A stretch of DNA of 64,000 nt from Scyliorhinus canicula (Eukaryota): assembly GCF_902713615.1 (NCBI RefSeq), contig NC_052165.1, positions 6,606,784 to 6,670,783 on the forward strand, written 5' to 3'. Below, piece by piece: positions 12,544-24,090 of the stretch; the stretch's first letter is position 1, and the number at the start of each line of letters is the position of its first letter. The position numbers and the translations under genes are program-made. The notes under the pieces are model-generated. The model ran no database searches, was not told where the DNA came from, and worked only from the letters and a program-made list of their open reading frames with translations.

Positions 12544-15341
12544 TGGTCAGTGAGGAGAGTGAATCTCCTGCCTACCAGGTAATGCCTCCAATGCCGCACA
12601 GCTTCAATGATAGCTTGGGCCTCTTTTTCGACGGATGAGTGCCGAATTTCTGAGGATGAAGGGTGCGGGAAAAGAATGCCACGGGTCTGCCTGCCTGATT
12701 GAGGGTGGCGGCTAGGGCGACGTCTGATGCTTCGCTCTCTACTTCAAAGGGCAGTGTCTCCTCTGCTGCGTGCATCCCGGCCTTGGCGATATCGGCTCTG
12801 ATACGGGCGAATGCCTGTTGTGCCTCGGCCGTCGGGGAAAATGGGTGGAGTGTATGAGTGGACGGGCTTTGTCCGCATAGTTTGGGACCCACTGGGCGCA
12901 GTATGAAAAGAACCCCAGGCAGCGTTTGAGGGCCTTGGTGCAGAGGGGGAGCGGGAGCTCCATGAGGGGGCGCATGCGGTCGGGATCGGGCCCCAGAACT
13001 CCGTTCTGAAACCACATAGCCGAGGATGGCTAAGCAGGTGATGCTAAACCCGCACTTCTACTTGTTGTAGGTAAGGTTTAGGAGAGTGGCGGTGTGGAGA
13101 AATTTAGCAAGGTTGGCATCATGGTCCTGCTGATCATGGCCGCAGATGGTGACATTGTCTAGGTAGGGAAAGGTGGCCCGCAAACTGTACCGGTCGACCA
13201 TTCAGTCCATCTCCCTTTGGAAGACCAAGACCCGAAGGGACACCGAAGGGAACACTGAGGAAGTGATAGAGGCGACCGTCTGCCTCGACGGCAGTATATG
13301 GACGGTCCGATTTACGAATGGGGATCTGGTAATAGGCGGATTTGAGGTCTACCGTTGAGAAGACCCGGTACTGTGCAATCTGATTGACCATATCAGATAT
13401 GCGTGGGAGGGGGTACGCGTCGAGCTGCGTGTACCGATTGATGGTCTGGCTGTAGTCCATGACCATTCTGTGTTTCTCCCCAGTTTTAACTACTACCACT
13501 TGGGCTCTCCAGGTACTGTTGCTGGCCTCGATGATGCCTTACCGAAGCAGCCGCTGGACCTCAGATCTGATGAAGGTCCTGTCCTGGGCGCTGTACCGTC
13601 TGCTCCTGGTGGTGACGGATTTGCAATCCGGGGTTAGATTTGCGAAGAGGGAAGGTGGGTCGACCTTTAGTGTTGCGAGGCCGCACACAGTAAGGGGTGG
13701 TAGGGGCCCACTGAATTTCAGGGTTAGGCTCTGGAGGTTGCACTGGAAGTCCAGGCCGAGTAGTAGGGCAGCGCAGAGGTTAGGGAGGACGTAGAGGCGG
13801 AAGTCGCTGAACTCTACGCCCTGGATCATGAGTGTGACTGTACAGTACCCCCGGATCGCCGCGGAATGGGATCAGGGGACCAGGGAGATTCTTTGGTTGG
13901 CGGGGTGTACCATGAGGGAGCAGCGCCTGACCGTATCCGGGTGGATGAAGCTTTCGGTGCTCCCGGAGTCCAGCAGGCAAGAGGTCACGTCCATTGATTT
14001 TCACGCTGGTCGATGCGGTGGCCAGGCTGTGCGGACGAGACTGATCGATGGTCACTGAGGCGAATTGTGGTCGGTCATCGCTGGTGTAGGATGATGGGGA
14101 GCCCAAGGGGCACAGGTCCTGGAACGCTGGGAGTGCCCATGTGTTGTGGGGGAGACAAGATGGCGGCGCCTGAGGATCTTGAGGAGAACAAAATGGTGGT
14201 GTCCACTGGCCACATTTGCTCTGAGGGGGAGAAGATGGCGGCGCCCACTGGCTGCGGTGGTCCGCGGAGGTGAAGACCGTGGCACCCATTGTCCATATAC
14301 GAGGGGGGTGGGGAGATAGCAGCAACTGCGCGGGCCTGGCACACCGCGGCGAAGTGCCCCTTCTTTTTTGTTTTTTTTTTAAATTTAGAATATCCAATTC
14401 ATTTTTTCTAATTAAGGGGCAATTTAACGTGGCCAATCCACCTAACCTGCACATCTTTGGGTTGTGGGGGTGAAACCCACGCAGACACGGGGAGAATGTG
14501 CAAACTCCTCACAGACAGTGACCCAGGGCCGGGATTCGAACCCGGGTCCTCAGCGCCGTAGGCAGCAATGCTAACCACTGTGCCCCCGTGCCGCCGAAGT
14601 GTCCCTTCTTACCGCAAGCCTTACAAAGGGCAGCGCGGGCCGGGCAGCGCTGGCGGGGGTGTTTCTGTTGCCTGCAAAAGTAACATCGGGGACCCCCGGG
14701 GTTTGCTGGCTGGCACGTGGCGCAGGCGTATTGGCTGGGTAAGGCCCCCACTGGGGTGGCCATCTGTGGGGTGCATGATGCGAAGGAGGGGTGGGTCGCA
14801 CGGCTGGGGGTGTAGGCCTGAATGTTGTTTGAGGCCACTGTCATAGAGAGCGCTAGCTTCTTTGTCTCTGCGAGATCGAGCGTGGCCCCTTCTAATAGTC
14901 GCTGGCGCATGAGGTCCAACCCAATCCCCGTAACAAAAGCGTCCCGCAGAAGGCGGTTAGAATGTTCCATGGCCATAACGGCCTGACAGTCACAGTCCCA
15001 GACGAGTGGGATTAGGGCCCGGCAGAACTCTTCTATGGACTCACCAGGAAGTTGAGAGCGAGTGGCGAGTACGTGCCTGGCGAAGAGCGTGTTCGTCTTC
15101 TGAGCGTAATTTTCTTTGAGAAGCTTCATGGCTTCGGCGTAGTTTGGCGCGTCCTGGATCAGCGGAAAGACGTTGGAGCTCAACCTTGAGAACAGTATCT
15201 GTATTTTCTGAGCCTCCAAGACAGGACTGGCGCCGAGTTGATGTACTCCTCGAAACAAGCTAGCCAGTGCTGAAAGTTCCCTTTGGTGTCGCTTGATTGC
15301 GGATCCAGCTGCAGGCGATCCAGCTTGAATCGGAGGTCCAC
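12544..15341 (-). pseudogene. Gypsy gag-pro-RT-RNaseH, frameshifted, integrase missing
   Basis: Gag RHVLATRSQLPGESIEEF with double Zn knuckle (CYFC..H..C, CKACGKKGHF); protease LLDSGS; RT DYSQTIN, DLKSAYYQ, YLDN; RNase H ASDVALAATLNQ. Truncated at TDQR. Confidence 0.9.
14366..14594 (-). mobile_element. A-tailed SINE inserted in Gypsy gag, with 16-bp TSD
   Basis: TSD CGAAGTGYCCCTTCTT at 14350-14365 and 14595-14610; T-run (poly-A tail) at 14366-14380. Confidence 0.92.
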
Positions 15342-15865
15342 CTTTTGAAAATCTTAGAGCCATAAATTGATGCACGATCAATTGCACAAAGATGAGGGTT
15401 GAATACAACTGAGGCTTTATTGCTCGAAGATGTGTGGCCTCCCGCAGCAGCTGGTGAAATGGCTGCAGCATGGAGGACACACACATCTTAGTGCAATAAA
15501 GCCTCAGTTGTACTCAACTCTCGTCTTTGTGCAATTGACCGTGCATCACAGGTACACTGTGCAGAGTTTTCTAGCTACAGGCACGGGACACCCGGATCTC
15601 TGCTCACTGAGATTCGGGGTCGCATCATCAAAGGAGACTGTTCTAGAGCAGCAGCAACAGATTTGTGACGTGTTAACAGCGTTTCCAACCGCATTTCATC
15701 TGCGTTGGGAGAGAACCTCGTGAGCCCATCACCAGCATGAGCGCCATGATGTCTCAGGCCTATACATTCAGAGAAGACATGGCCACCTGCAAGGAGTGTC
15801 TGGCAGGGCAGTCCCCTGAGCGCTTGTCACTTCTCTCCAATGGCTTGCACGTTTACACTGCCATC

Positions 15866-16163
15866 TGTGGTGAATGTAATATATATATATATATGATAAT
15901 TCACACTGTCTTTGTAAGCGCAGTAGCGCTATCCTACCATTAGGGGGAGTAGCTCTGGGAGTACTCAGGAACTTGTACTGGGCTCCACCCTTGGCTCCGC
16001 CCATGACTCCTCCCCCTAGTGCTGCTGTATAAATACCCTTGTCGAGAGTCAGCCTGAGTTCACTAAGGGTTCGTCAACGGGTAACAGGCTGGCTCTGTAG
16101 TAAGTCGATTAAAGCCTAGATTCATATCGGAAACACGTGTCTGGTGAATTGATGGTTCCATCA
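15866..16163 (+). mobile_element. solo LTR (TGTGGT...CATCA Gypsy lineage)
   Basis: TG...CA ends, perfect 5-bp TSD CCATC, TATAAA 16028, ATTAAA 16108. Confidence 0.92.
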
Positions 16164-16581
16164 CCATCTTAAGTGGGCTGGAAGAGAGCTTCGCCCCGGC
16201 AGTCCAGCTGCTCACTGAAGTACAGTAAAGTTCACCTGGCCCTTGCGTAACAGAGACGGATGTCCGGTGCCACGGGCAGTTTGCCACCAGGCTGCTATTT
16301 GTTTGCACTCTTCCTGGGGTCTTTTTACTCACTGTCCACCAGCAGCTGAGCGCCCCAAGCATCCCCTAGTCCTGTAGACCCCTGACGGCAAAGAGCTCCT
16401 TAGTTATTTTTCTCCAGGAGTTGGTTACCCTGGGAACACTGCCCTGGATTAGTTACAGCATTCCTGAATGATTCCGTCCCAGGTATCCTTGGCAGCTATT
16501 GTGTAGCGACAATGGCCCACTCCACATCCTCCTGCTTGAAGTCTCGTCTTGCCCACCTCTTTCTCCTCCTGAAGATGCAAA

Positions 16582-16923
16582 GCGGCACGGTGGCCCAGTG
16601 GTTAGCACGGCTGCCTCACAGCTCCAGGGTCCCAGGTTCAATTCCCGCCTCGGGTTACTGTCTGTGTGGAGTCTGCATGGTCTGCGTGGGTTCCCTCCGG
16701 GTGCTCCGGTTTCCTCCCACAGTCCAAAGATGTGCGGGTTAGGTGGATTGGCCATGATAAATTTCCCCTTAATGTCAAAAAGGACAGGTGGGGTCACCGG
16801 GTTACTGCGATGGGGGGGGGGGGGTGAAGGCGTTGGCTTAGGTAGGGTGGTCTTTCCAGGGGCCGGTGCAGACTCGATGGGCTAAATGGCCTCGTTCTGC
16901 ACTGTACATTCTACGATTCTATG
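16582..16923 (+). mobile_element. HE1-type V-SINE
   Basis: Head, V-core and CR1 tail ending ATTCTACGATTCTATGA. Confidence 0.9.
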
Positions 16924-17449
16924 ACGGCAGCCTCGCCCTCCTCCTGCAGCTCCACTCCTACCCGCTGCCCTCTGTACATGGCACAGCACACCCCGATCAT
17001 TCTGCTGCCCCTTTGTTATGTCTCCTCCCTCCCATGTGTTCAATATAATCACACTTTTAGACTCAAAGGCTGGAGCTTTATTGAGTGTATTTCGTAAACT
17101 CTATGTGACAGGTGGGCTGGTACATTGTTCCTTAGCAACTGTCTGCAGTTGCAACAGTAAATGTGGCACCCTGGATATATAATCACAGAACAATTAGTTT
17201 CTTTCTCTTTGTGAACACGAGAACAATATAAATCTTCTCTTCCTTTAAAAACATGATAGGCGTCGATAACAAAATAACTGTTCCAATCGTTAACATTTTG
17301 TCCATATTCAGCGAGGCCGGCTCCACAGAAATCGGGACGCCCCAATCAGCACAGAAAATAACCCCCCCCCCCCAGCTCCCCTCCTCTCCTCCTTCCTCCC
17401 AAATCATTATCCGTGGTACGTCTGAGGTGGGAGGCCGTTGGGCCTTCAT

Positions 17450-18260
17450 CTCGTCGATTTTGCATTCAGCTCCCTTGGTGGTGAGTTCACACTGCAAAGA
17501 CAATGTTGTCCGTGTGGCTCCTGGTGTTGTGGGTGTCATCCTTCATGTTGCCATTGCGTCACTTGTGTGAATTTCCTTTCCTTTGAACTTTCAAATGTCA
17601 CGCAGTTGTACAGTTCCTGTGCCTATTGCATCCTCAAGCTCGTCATTATCTTCCAGAGTGTTTTGGTTTCTTTTCCTTGTCATTTGACTTGTTGCTCTAT
17701 CTCTGATGATTCAATGATCATCTTCTTTCCTGGTCCTGCACATCTCTTCCAAGTGGTTGGGCTTTCTACAAGCTCTACAATTTGATCTGTACGCAGGGCA
17801 TTTCCTTCTGTTTGTGATCTCATGTGGTCATCCACAGCTCCTGCACATCTTTCTCTCTGTCTGATTGACATTCTTTTGTTACTGTTTCACTGCATCAACC
17901 CCGGTGCCTTTCTCTTGACTTAACTGAAAGCTAGCCATTTGGGTAGTCAGCATTTTCATTTGTCTACTCATGGTTTCATGTGCTCAAGCAGTGTCTACAG
18001 CCTGCATTATTGTGAGCTTGTTCTTTCCAATGAAATCCTTTTATATTTCAGGGTGTGCAGAGTAACAAATCAGCTGACCTATCAGCTTTTCATCTGTTTT
18101 CCCTGAATTTTCATTTTCTGGCAACATATTTCAATCTTGATAAGAAATTGACAACAGGCCCCTCTGGATCCTGCCTCAGACTTTGAAACTCATGTCGGTG
18201 GAACAGATGGTTTGCCTTTGACTGGAGATATGTGCTGAAATTTAAAAATACGACGCTGAC
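17450..18260 (-). pseudogene. decayed Gypsy gag/protease remnant
   Basis: FSTYLQSKANHLFHRHEFQSLRQDPEGPVVNFLSRLKYVA resembles retrotransposon gag; downstream CKID resembles the approach to a protease motif. Many stops. Confidence 0.6.
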
Positions 18261-18261
18261 A

Positions 18262-19830
18262 TTGCTCTTGTTTCTGCTCCTGCTGGTATTGCTCCTATCT
18301 CTGTTCCTGCTGGTATTGCTGCTGCTCCTGCTGGTATTGCTCCTGTTCCTGCTGTTCCTGCTGGTATTGCTCATATCTCTGTTCCTGCTGGTATTGCTCC
18401 TGCTCCTGCTGATATTACTCCCATTGCTGATCCTGCTGGTATTGCTCCTGTTCCTTCTGTTCCTGCTGGTATTGCTCCTATCTCTGTTCCTGCTGGTATT
18501 GCTGTTTCTCCTGTTGCTGCTCCTGCTGGTATTGCTTCTGCCTCTGTTCCTGCTGGTATTGCTCCTGTTGCTGCTGTTCCTGCTGGTATTGCTCCTATCT
18601 CTTTTCCTGTTGGTATTGCTTCCATCTCTGTTCCTGCTGGTATTGCTTCTGTCTGTTCCTGCTGGTATTGCTCCTGTTCCTGATGGTATTGCTCCTGTTG
18701 CTGCTCCTGCTGGTATTGCTCCTGTTGCTGTTCCTGCTGGTATTGCTCCTGTTGCTGTTCCTGCTGGTATTGCTTCTGTCTCTGTTCCTGCTGGTATTGC
18801 TTCTGTCTCTGTTCCTGCTGGTATTGTTCCTGTTGCTGCTGTTCCTGCTGGTATTGCTCCTGTTCCTTCTGTACCTGCTGGTATTTCTCCTGTTGCTGTT
18901 GGTGCTACTCCTTCTGGTATTGCACCTGTTGTTGCTGCTATTGCTCCTGCTGGTATTGCTGTTTCTGCTGCTGATGCTCCTGCTGGTATTACTCCTATTG
19001 CTGTTGGTGTTACTGCTGCTCCTGCTGGTATTGCTGTTTCTGCTGCTGATGCTCCTGCTGGTATTGCTGTTTCTGCTGCTGATGCTCCTGCTGGTATTGC
19101 TCCTATTGCTGTTGGTGTTATTGCTGCTCCTGCTGGTATTGCTGTTTCTGCTGCTGATGCTCCTGCTGGTATTGCTCCTGTTGCTGTTGGTGTTATTGCT
19201 GCTCCTGCTGGTATTGCTGTTTCTGCTGCTGATGCTCCTGCTGGTATTGCTCCTGTTGCTGTTGGTGTTATTGCTGCTCCTGCTGGTATTGCTGTTTCTG
19301 CTGCTGATGCTCGCTGCTGGTATTGCTCCTGTTGCTGTTGGTGTTATTGCTGCTCCTGCTGGTATTGCTGTTTCTGCTGCTGATGCTCCTGCTGGTATTG
19401 CTCCTGTTGCTGTTGGTGTTATTGCTGCTCCTGCTGGTATTGCTGTTTCTGCTGCTGATGCTCCTGCTGGTATTGCTCCTGTTGCTGTTTCCACAGCTGC
19501 TGACATTGCTCCTGTTGCTATTGCTACTGCTGCTGGTATTGCTCATGTTGTTGCTGCTATTGCCCCTGTTGCTGGTTCTGCTGCTGGTATTTCTCCTGAT
19601 GATGCTGTTCCTGCTGACATTGCTCCTGTTGTTGCTACTCCTGCTGGAATTGCCCCTGTTGCTGTTGGTTTTGCTGTTTCTCCTGTTGGTATTGCTCCAG
19701 TTGCTGCTGCTCCTGCTGGTATTGCTGCTCTTGCAGCTGCTGCTCCTGCTGGTATTGCTGCTCTTGCAGCTGCTGGTGATGATGGTATTACTCCAATTGC
19801 TGTTGGTGTTACTGCAGTTACTGTTGCCCT
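18262..19830. repeat. triplet-periodic minisatellite, core (G/C)TCCTGCTGGTATTG, with a 75-bp higher-order repeat
   Basis: CCTGCTGGTATTGCT recurs with variable triplet spacers; a 75-bp unit is iterated about 19060-19480. Confidence 0.95.
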
Positions 19831-20162
19831 TGGTTCTCCTGCTCATCTATCCAAGATAACAATGCACAGGTGACTCCCATTCTGCTGGGAATGCTGACAG
19901 CTGCTGGCAGGCAAAATTCAAAGGCAAAACAACCCTGAGGTACAAAAAATAACCGCTCTGTACTGGAAATTAGCTCGGTAGTAGTGAAAATATCCACTCA
20001 GAAATGTCCTGGAAGCAAAACCTTTCGCTTAGGCAAGTAGGGAACTATGAGAGTTCTGTATGGAGAGCTTTCTGCCTCTCAATTGCGCAGTAATGTTAAT
20101 TCCTACTGCTCTCTCTCCTATGGGTGTCAGGAAGCCTGTAGCACAGAGTTGAAACCTGAGTT

Positions 20163-20560
20163 CATAAGACCGTAAGGCATAGGAGCAGAATTAGGCCACT
20201 TGGCCCATCGGGTCTGCCCCGCCATTCAATCATGGCTGATATTTTCTCATCCCCATTCTCCTGCCTTCTCCCCATAGCCCCTGATCCCCTTATTAATCAA
20301 GAACTTATCTATTTCTGTCTTAAAGACACTCAGTGATTTGGCCTCCACAGCCTTCTGCGGCAAAGAGTTCCACAGATTCACCACCCTCTGGCTGAAGAAA
20401 TTCCTCCTCGTCTCTGTTTTAAAGGATCGACCCTTTAATCTGAGATGGTGCCCTCTGGTTCTAGTTTTTCCTACAAGTGGAAACATCCTCTCCACGTCCA
20501 CTCTATCCAGGCCTCGCAGCATCCTGTAAGTTTCAATAAGATCCCCTCTCATCCTCCTAA
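20163..20560 (-). mobile_element. CR1 3' fragment
   Basis: MRGDLIETYRMLRGLDRVD...FFSQRVVNLWNSLP plus CR1 tail. Confidence 0.92.
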
Positions 20561-20729
20561 ACTGCCCTGAATGAGCCTTTAACATACTTAACCAGCAGAG
20601 CTGCACATCCCACAGGAGTTCCCTGCACTCTGAAGAACATGAGCATGTTAAAGGTGAAAGTTGATGGGATTCTGCTGGCTTCCCGCTGAGGTGTTCTTTG
20701 TGTTGCTGAATTCAGGATGATTGGCGTAG

Positions 20730-21060
20730 TGTTCACAAAGACCACAAAATAGCTTTAACTTGAACAAAGCTATACATTTATTAAACTGCTAATTTGCATT
20801 TGACGCGTACTCCTAAATAATACACAGTTGATTATTAACGTATAAACTACATTCATCTACAGCTAATCTCTGGACTGTTATAAACTATGATCTGCTCTTA
20901 CTCACACTATCTTTACTTAAGTCTGTCTCTAGCTAACTCCTGCACTACTCTCTCCCCACAAGGCTTAGCATCAATGTCTTATATACTTGTGACTGTAGCT
21001 CCCTCTAGTGGTTTTCGGGACATTTCATTAACCCTTGCCGTTCTTACATTCATGGTAATA
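20730..21060 (-). mobile_element. probable solo LTR
   Basis: Minus-strand TATATAA (about 20979-20985) and AATAAA (about 20777) in LTR-like order; termini and TSD unclear. Confidence 0.45.
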
Positions 21061-21404
21061 GCACAACCGGTCCACCAGCAGCTTCAACTGTTTGACCCCC
21101 ATCTCAAGGTTAATATAATACGTAAGGAGTTAGGAGTAACAATCGCAAAGTTATTCAAATGGATTTATCAGACCACAATGAAATGTACTGTCGGAGGAAT
21201 TGTCCAGGGATTACATCAGCTCATCTCAGTTGCTACTGTTCTCAATGGCTAACGGCAAAACTCTTACATAATCAAGATGCGCATGGTGAAACCAGTGGTG
21301 AACCTCCATCCCATAAACCACTGACCCATATCAGTAAGCTACTGTTTGACAGTGTAGAAGGGAGAACGTGGACCGTGCAGCGTGTATTCAGAAATAATAT
21401 TCTC

Positions 21405-21720
21405 GATGGTGGGGGAGTCCAGAACTAGGGGGTCATAGTTTGCAGATAAGGGGTAAACCTTTTAGGACTGAGGTGAGGAGAAATGTCTTCACCCAGAGAG
21501 TGGTGAATCTGTGGAATTCACTACCAGAGAAAGTAGTTGAAGTCGAAACGCTGTGTGATTTCAAGAAGGAATTAGATACAGCTCTTGGGGATCAAGGGTT
21601 ATGGGGGAAAGATGGGATCAGGGTATTGACCTTGATGATCAGCCATGATCATAATGAATGGCGAAGCAGGCTCGAAGGGCTGAATGGCCTCCTCCTGCTC
21701 CTGTTTTCAATGTTTCTACG
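21405..21720 (+). mobile_element. CR1 3' fragment
   Basis: FRTEVRRNVFTQRVVNLWNSLPEK plus tail. Confidence 0.9.
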
Positions 21721-21873
21721 AATGGGAGTTTAACAGCTTGGGGCCATTCATTGAACTCCATCCAGATTTCATTCTAAGGTCTTCACATCAAAATTGGGGG
21801 AATCAACATGTGTATTTGATTGTATTTTCCTGCTGGTAGTTGGTAACCCTTTCCCATATCTGATGGAAATAGG

Positions 21874-22553
21874 GGCCGGGATTCTCCGAACCTGCGCTGG
21901 GTCGGAGAAACGCCAGATGGGTCACGAATCCCGGGACGCTGCTCCGAAGCCAGGTCGCCGACCGGAGAATCGGCACCAATGGCGGCAGCTCGGTTGCTGC
22001 GACGCCGGTCAGGGGCCACGTGGCCCACCCCGGCGATTGTCCGCGCTCAACGGGCTGAGCACCTGCCATGTTCGGCCGACTCCCGCCGGCGTCGTTCCCG
22101 TGTGGTCCTACCTGGCGGGACCTCGGCGTTCTGACTGTGGGGCCGTCCTGCTGGGGGGAAGGTGGGATCCGACTCCGGGGAGGGGCGGGGAGGGGCGGGG
22201 GGGGGGGGGCCTCCACGGTGGCCAGGCCCATGATCGGGGGCTATTAATCGGCGGGTGGGCTAATTCCGGAGGAGGGGCCTATGTACCTCCGCGCCGGGCC
22301 AAGTTGCGTGGGGGCCGGCACGGAGACGGCAACCCATGCGCATGTGCGGACCTGCGCAGGCCATGGCGCGCATGTGCGGACCTGCGCAGGCCGTGCTGGG
22401 ACATGTGTTGGCAGCTGGAGCTGCGTGAAGCGCTCCAGTGCCGTGCTGGCCCCCTGTGGGTTGGGGGATCGCTGCTCCTAGCGACCAGATGGCGCCGTCG
22501 TAAAACGCTCCGGCATTTACGATGGCGTCAACACTTAGCGGAGAATCCTGCCC
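21874..22553. mobile_element. PIF/Harbinger-type MITE
   Basis: TIR GGCCGGGATTCTCC / GGAGAATCCTGCCC; 3-bp TSD AGG. Confidence 0.85.
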
Positions 22554-23779
22554 AGGATATTCTTCTTCCTCCTTACTTTCTTGACTAAAGCCTTCATGGC
22601 TTTGTTGGAGAATTTGTGCATTCTCCCAGTGGACATACTCTGCCCGCGGGGACACACACAATCTACGGCCAATCTTCACAATATGCAAAACGGCATCCCT
22701 TTAAGAGGCGCATCTCAGCAAGAAATGGTTGTCAGTCACGTCCGAAACCTTCTTGCCTCATAAGTGAGCAGTTCAATTACTTGTGTGAGTTGCGCTGGCG
22801 CTTCGCCAATTACATTCAAATGAGGCACATAGCTTAAAAAGGTTCATGCCTTGTACTGACAGATCCAATGATTGGTGCAATCATCCTGCCCACTCTGTGT
22901 CCATCCTGGTGTGGGGGGGTGAAAGTTCCCCAGCACAGCAGTGCCTCAAGGCAAAGAAGTAACCATTACTTCGAGAATTCTGTTATTCCCCAAGAACGAC
23001 GTGGCAACGCACTCCCCTGTCACAGCCAGCTCTGCGACATTCATCCATCTAAATTCCTTTAATGCCAAAGTCAATATTTATCGAAAGCCGAACAAATAAA
23101 ATCTTCACACTCTGTAAACAATGGGATGATGGTCGACGATTAATGAATTTAATTCCCGGGACGTTTCCCCCATCTCTGCTACACAATGTTAATATATGAT
23201 TGGAAATGGAAATTACATCTTAGTCTTTTTCATCACCCCAGGATAGGCTACATTGATGAATGAATATTTAACACAGGGTATTCATAATTAAACCCAGAGT
23301 GAAAATTATTTGCATGTATCAGCCGCATTCATGTTTAACTTTAGCACAGAAGAAACAGAAATCGTAAGGCATCCCAGATATGTAGGCTGATTCTTAATAT
23401 GCATTTGTCCAAATTATTTAAAACAATATTAAATCAAGCAAAACACCTGACTTGGCTACAACCTGCTTCTCCTGTTTTAGCTGCAAACCTTTGTCAGCCA
23501 TTCAATAATACTGCCAGTTTCATAGATGCAGATGGTTTTTATACTTCTGCCGCACGGCACTGAATCTCCTATATTAAATTGCTTAGACCCGTGGCACAGT
23601 GAGTAATATCTGACCTCAAGTTGATGTGTTTGAACTTTATTCATATATACAATGTGAAAAAAATTGATCCAATAACTTTCATTTATCAGAGTACCTTAAC
23701 CTCACCGTCTGCGGAAGACAAATGATGGCAAAAAAATGGTAAAAATGCTGATTCAGTTTATGCCAATCAAACTGTCAGG

Positions 23780-23947
23780 AAATGAAAAATGAAAATCGCT
23801 TATTGTCACGGCTTCAATGAAGTTACTGTGAAAAGCCCCTAGTCGCCACATTCCGGCGCCTGTCCGGGGAGGCTGGTACGGGAATCGAACCGTGCTGCTG
23901 GCCTGCTTTAAAAGCCAGCGATTTAGCCAGTGAGCTAAACCAGCCCC
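23780..23947 (-). mobile_element. short SINE: second tRNA head fused directly to the GTGGCGACTAGGGG tail
   Basis: GGGCTGGTTTAGCTCACTGG...GGTTCGATTCC, then CAGGCGCCGGAATGTGGCGACTAGGGGCTTTTCACAGTAAC; no V-core. Confidence 0.85.
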
Positions 23948-24090
23948 TGGGAGTGAAATACATGCGGGAAAAAGATTCTGGTGGGTGAGCAAAACTTTAT
24001 GTTAAAGAGCAGTGCATTAAACTCAGGCGAGCAATGAACATTTGAACTCCTATTTCACATGATAAATATGACCCATGAAGACATACTCGA

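Larger units (their letters stand above)
12323..15548. mobile_element. rearranged Ty3/Gypsy LTR retrotransposon (plus-strand LTR ends, inverted gag-pol)
   Basis: Outer termini TGTGGT...CATCA, with a degenerate 5-bp TSD TAGGC/CAGGT. LTR segments at 12323-12543 (+), 15368-15486 (-) and 15480-15548 (+). Confidence 0.85.

Noticed and set aside
17036-17253. LTR partner for the 17.4-18.3 kb gag remnant
   Set aside because: It has TATA and poly(A)-like motifs but no similarity to 20730-21060 and no TSD; cannot be supported.
3196-22763. PRGHTQS peptide downstream of both MITEs (about 3240 and 22645)
   Set aside because: A short match with no surrounding similarity; treated as coincidence.
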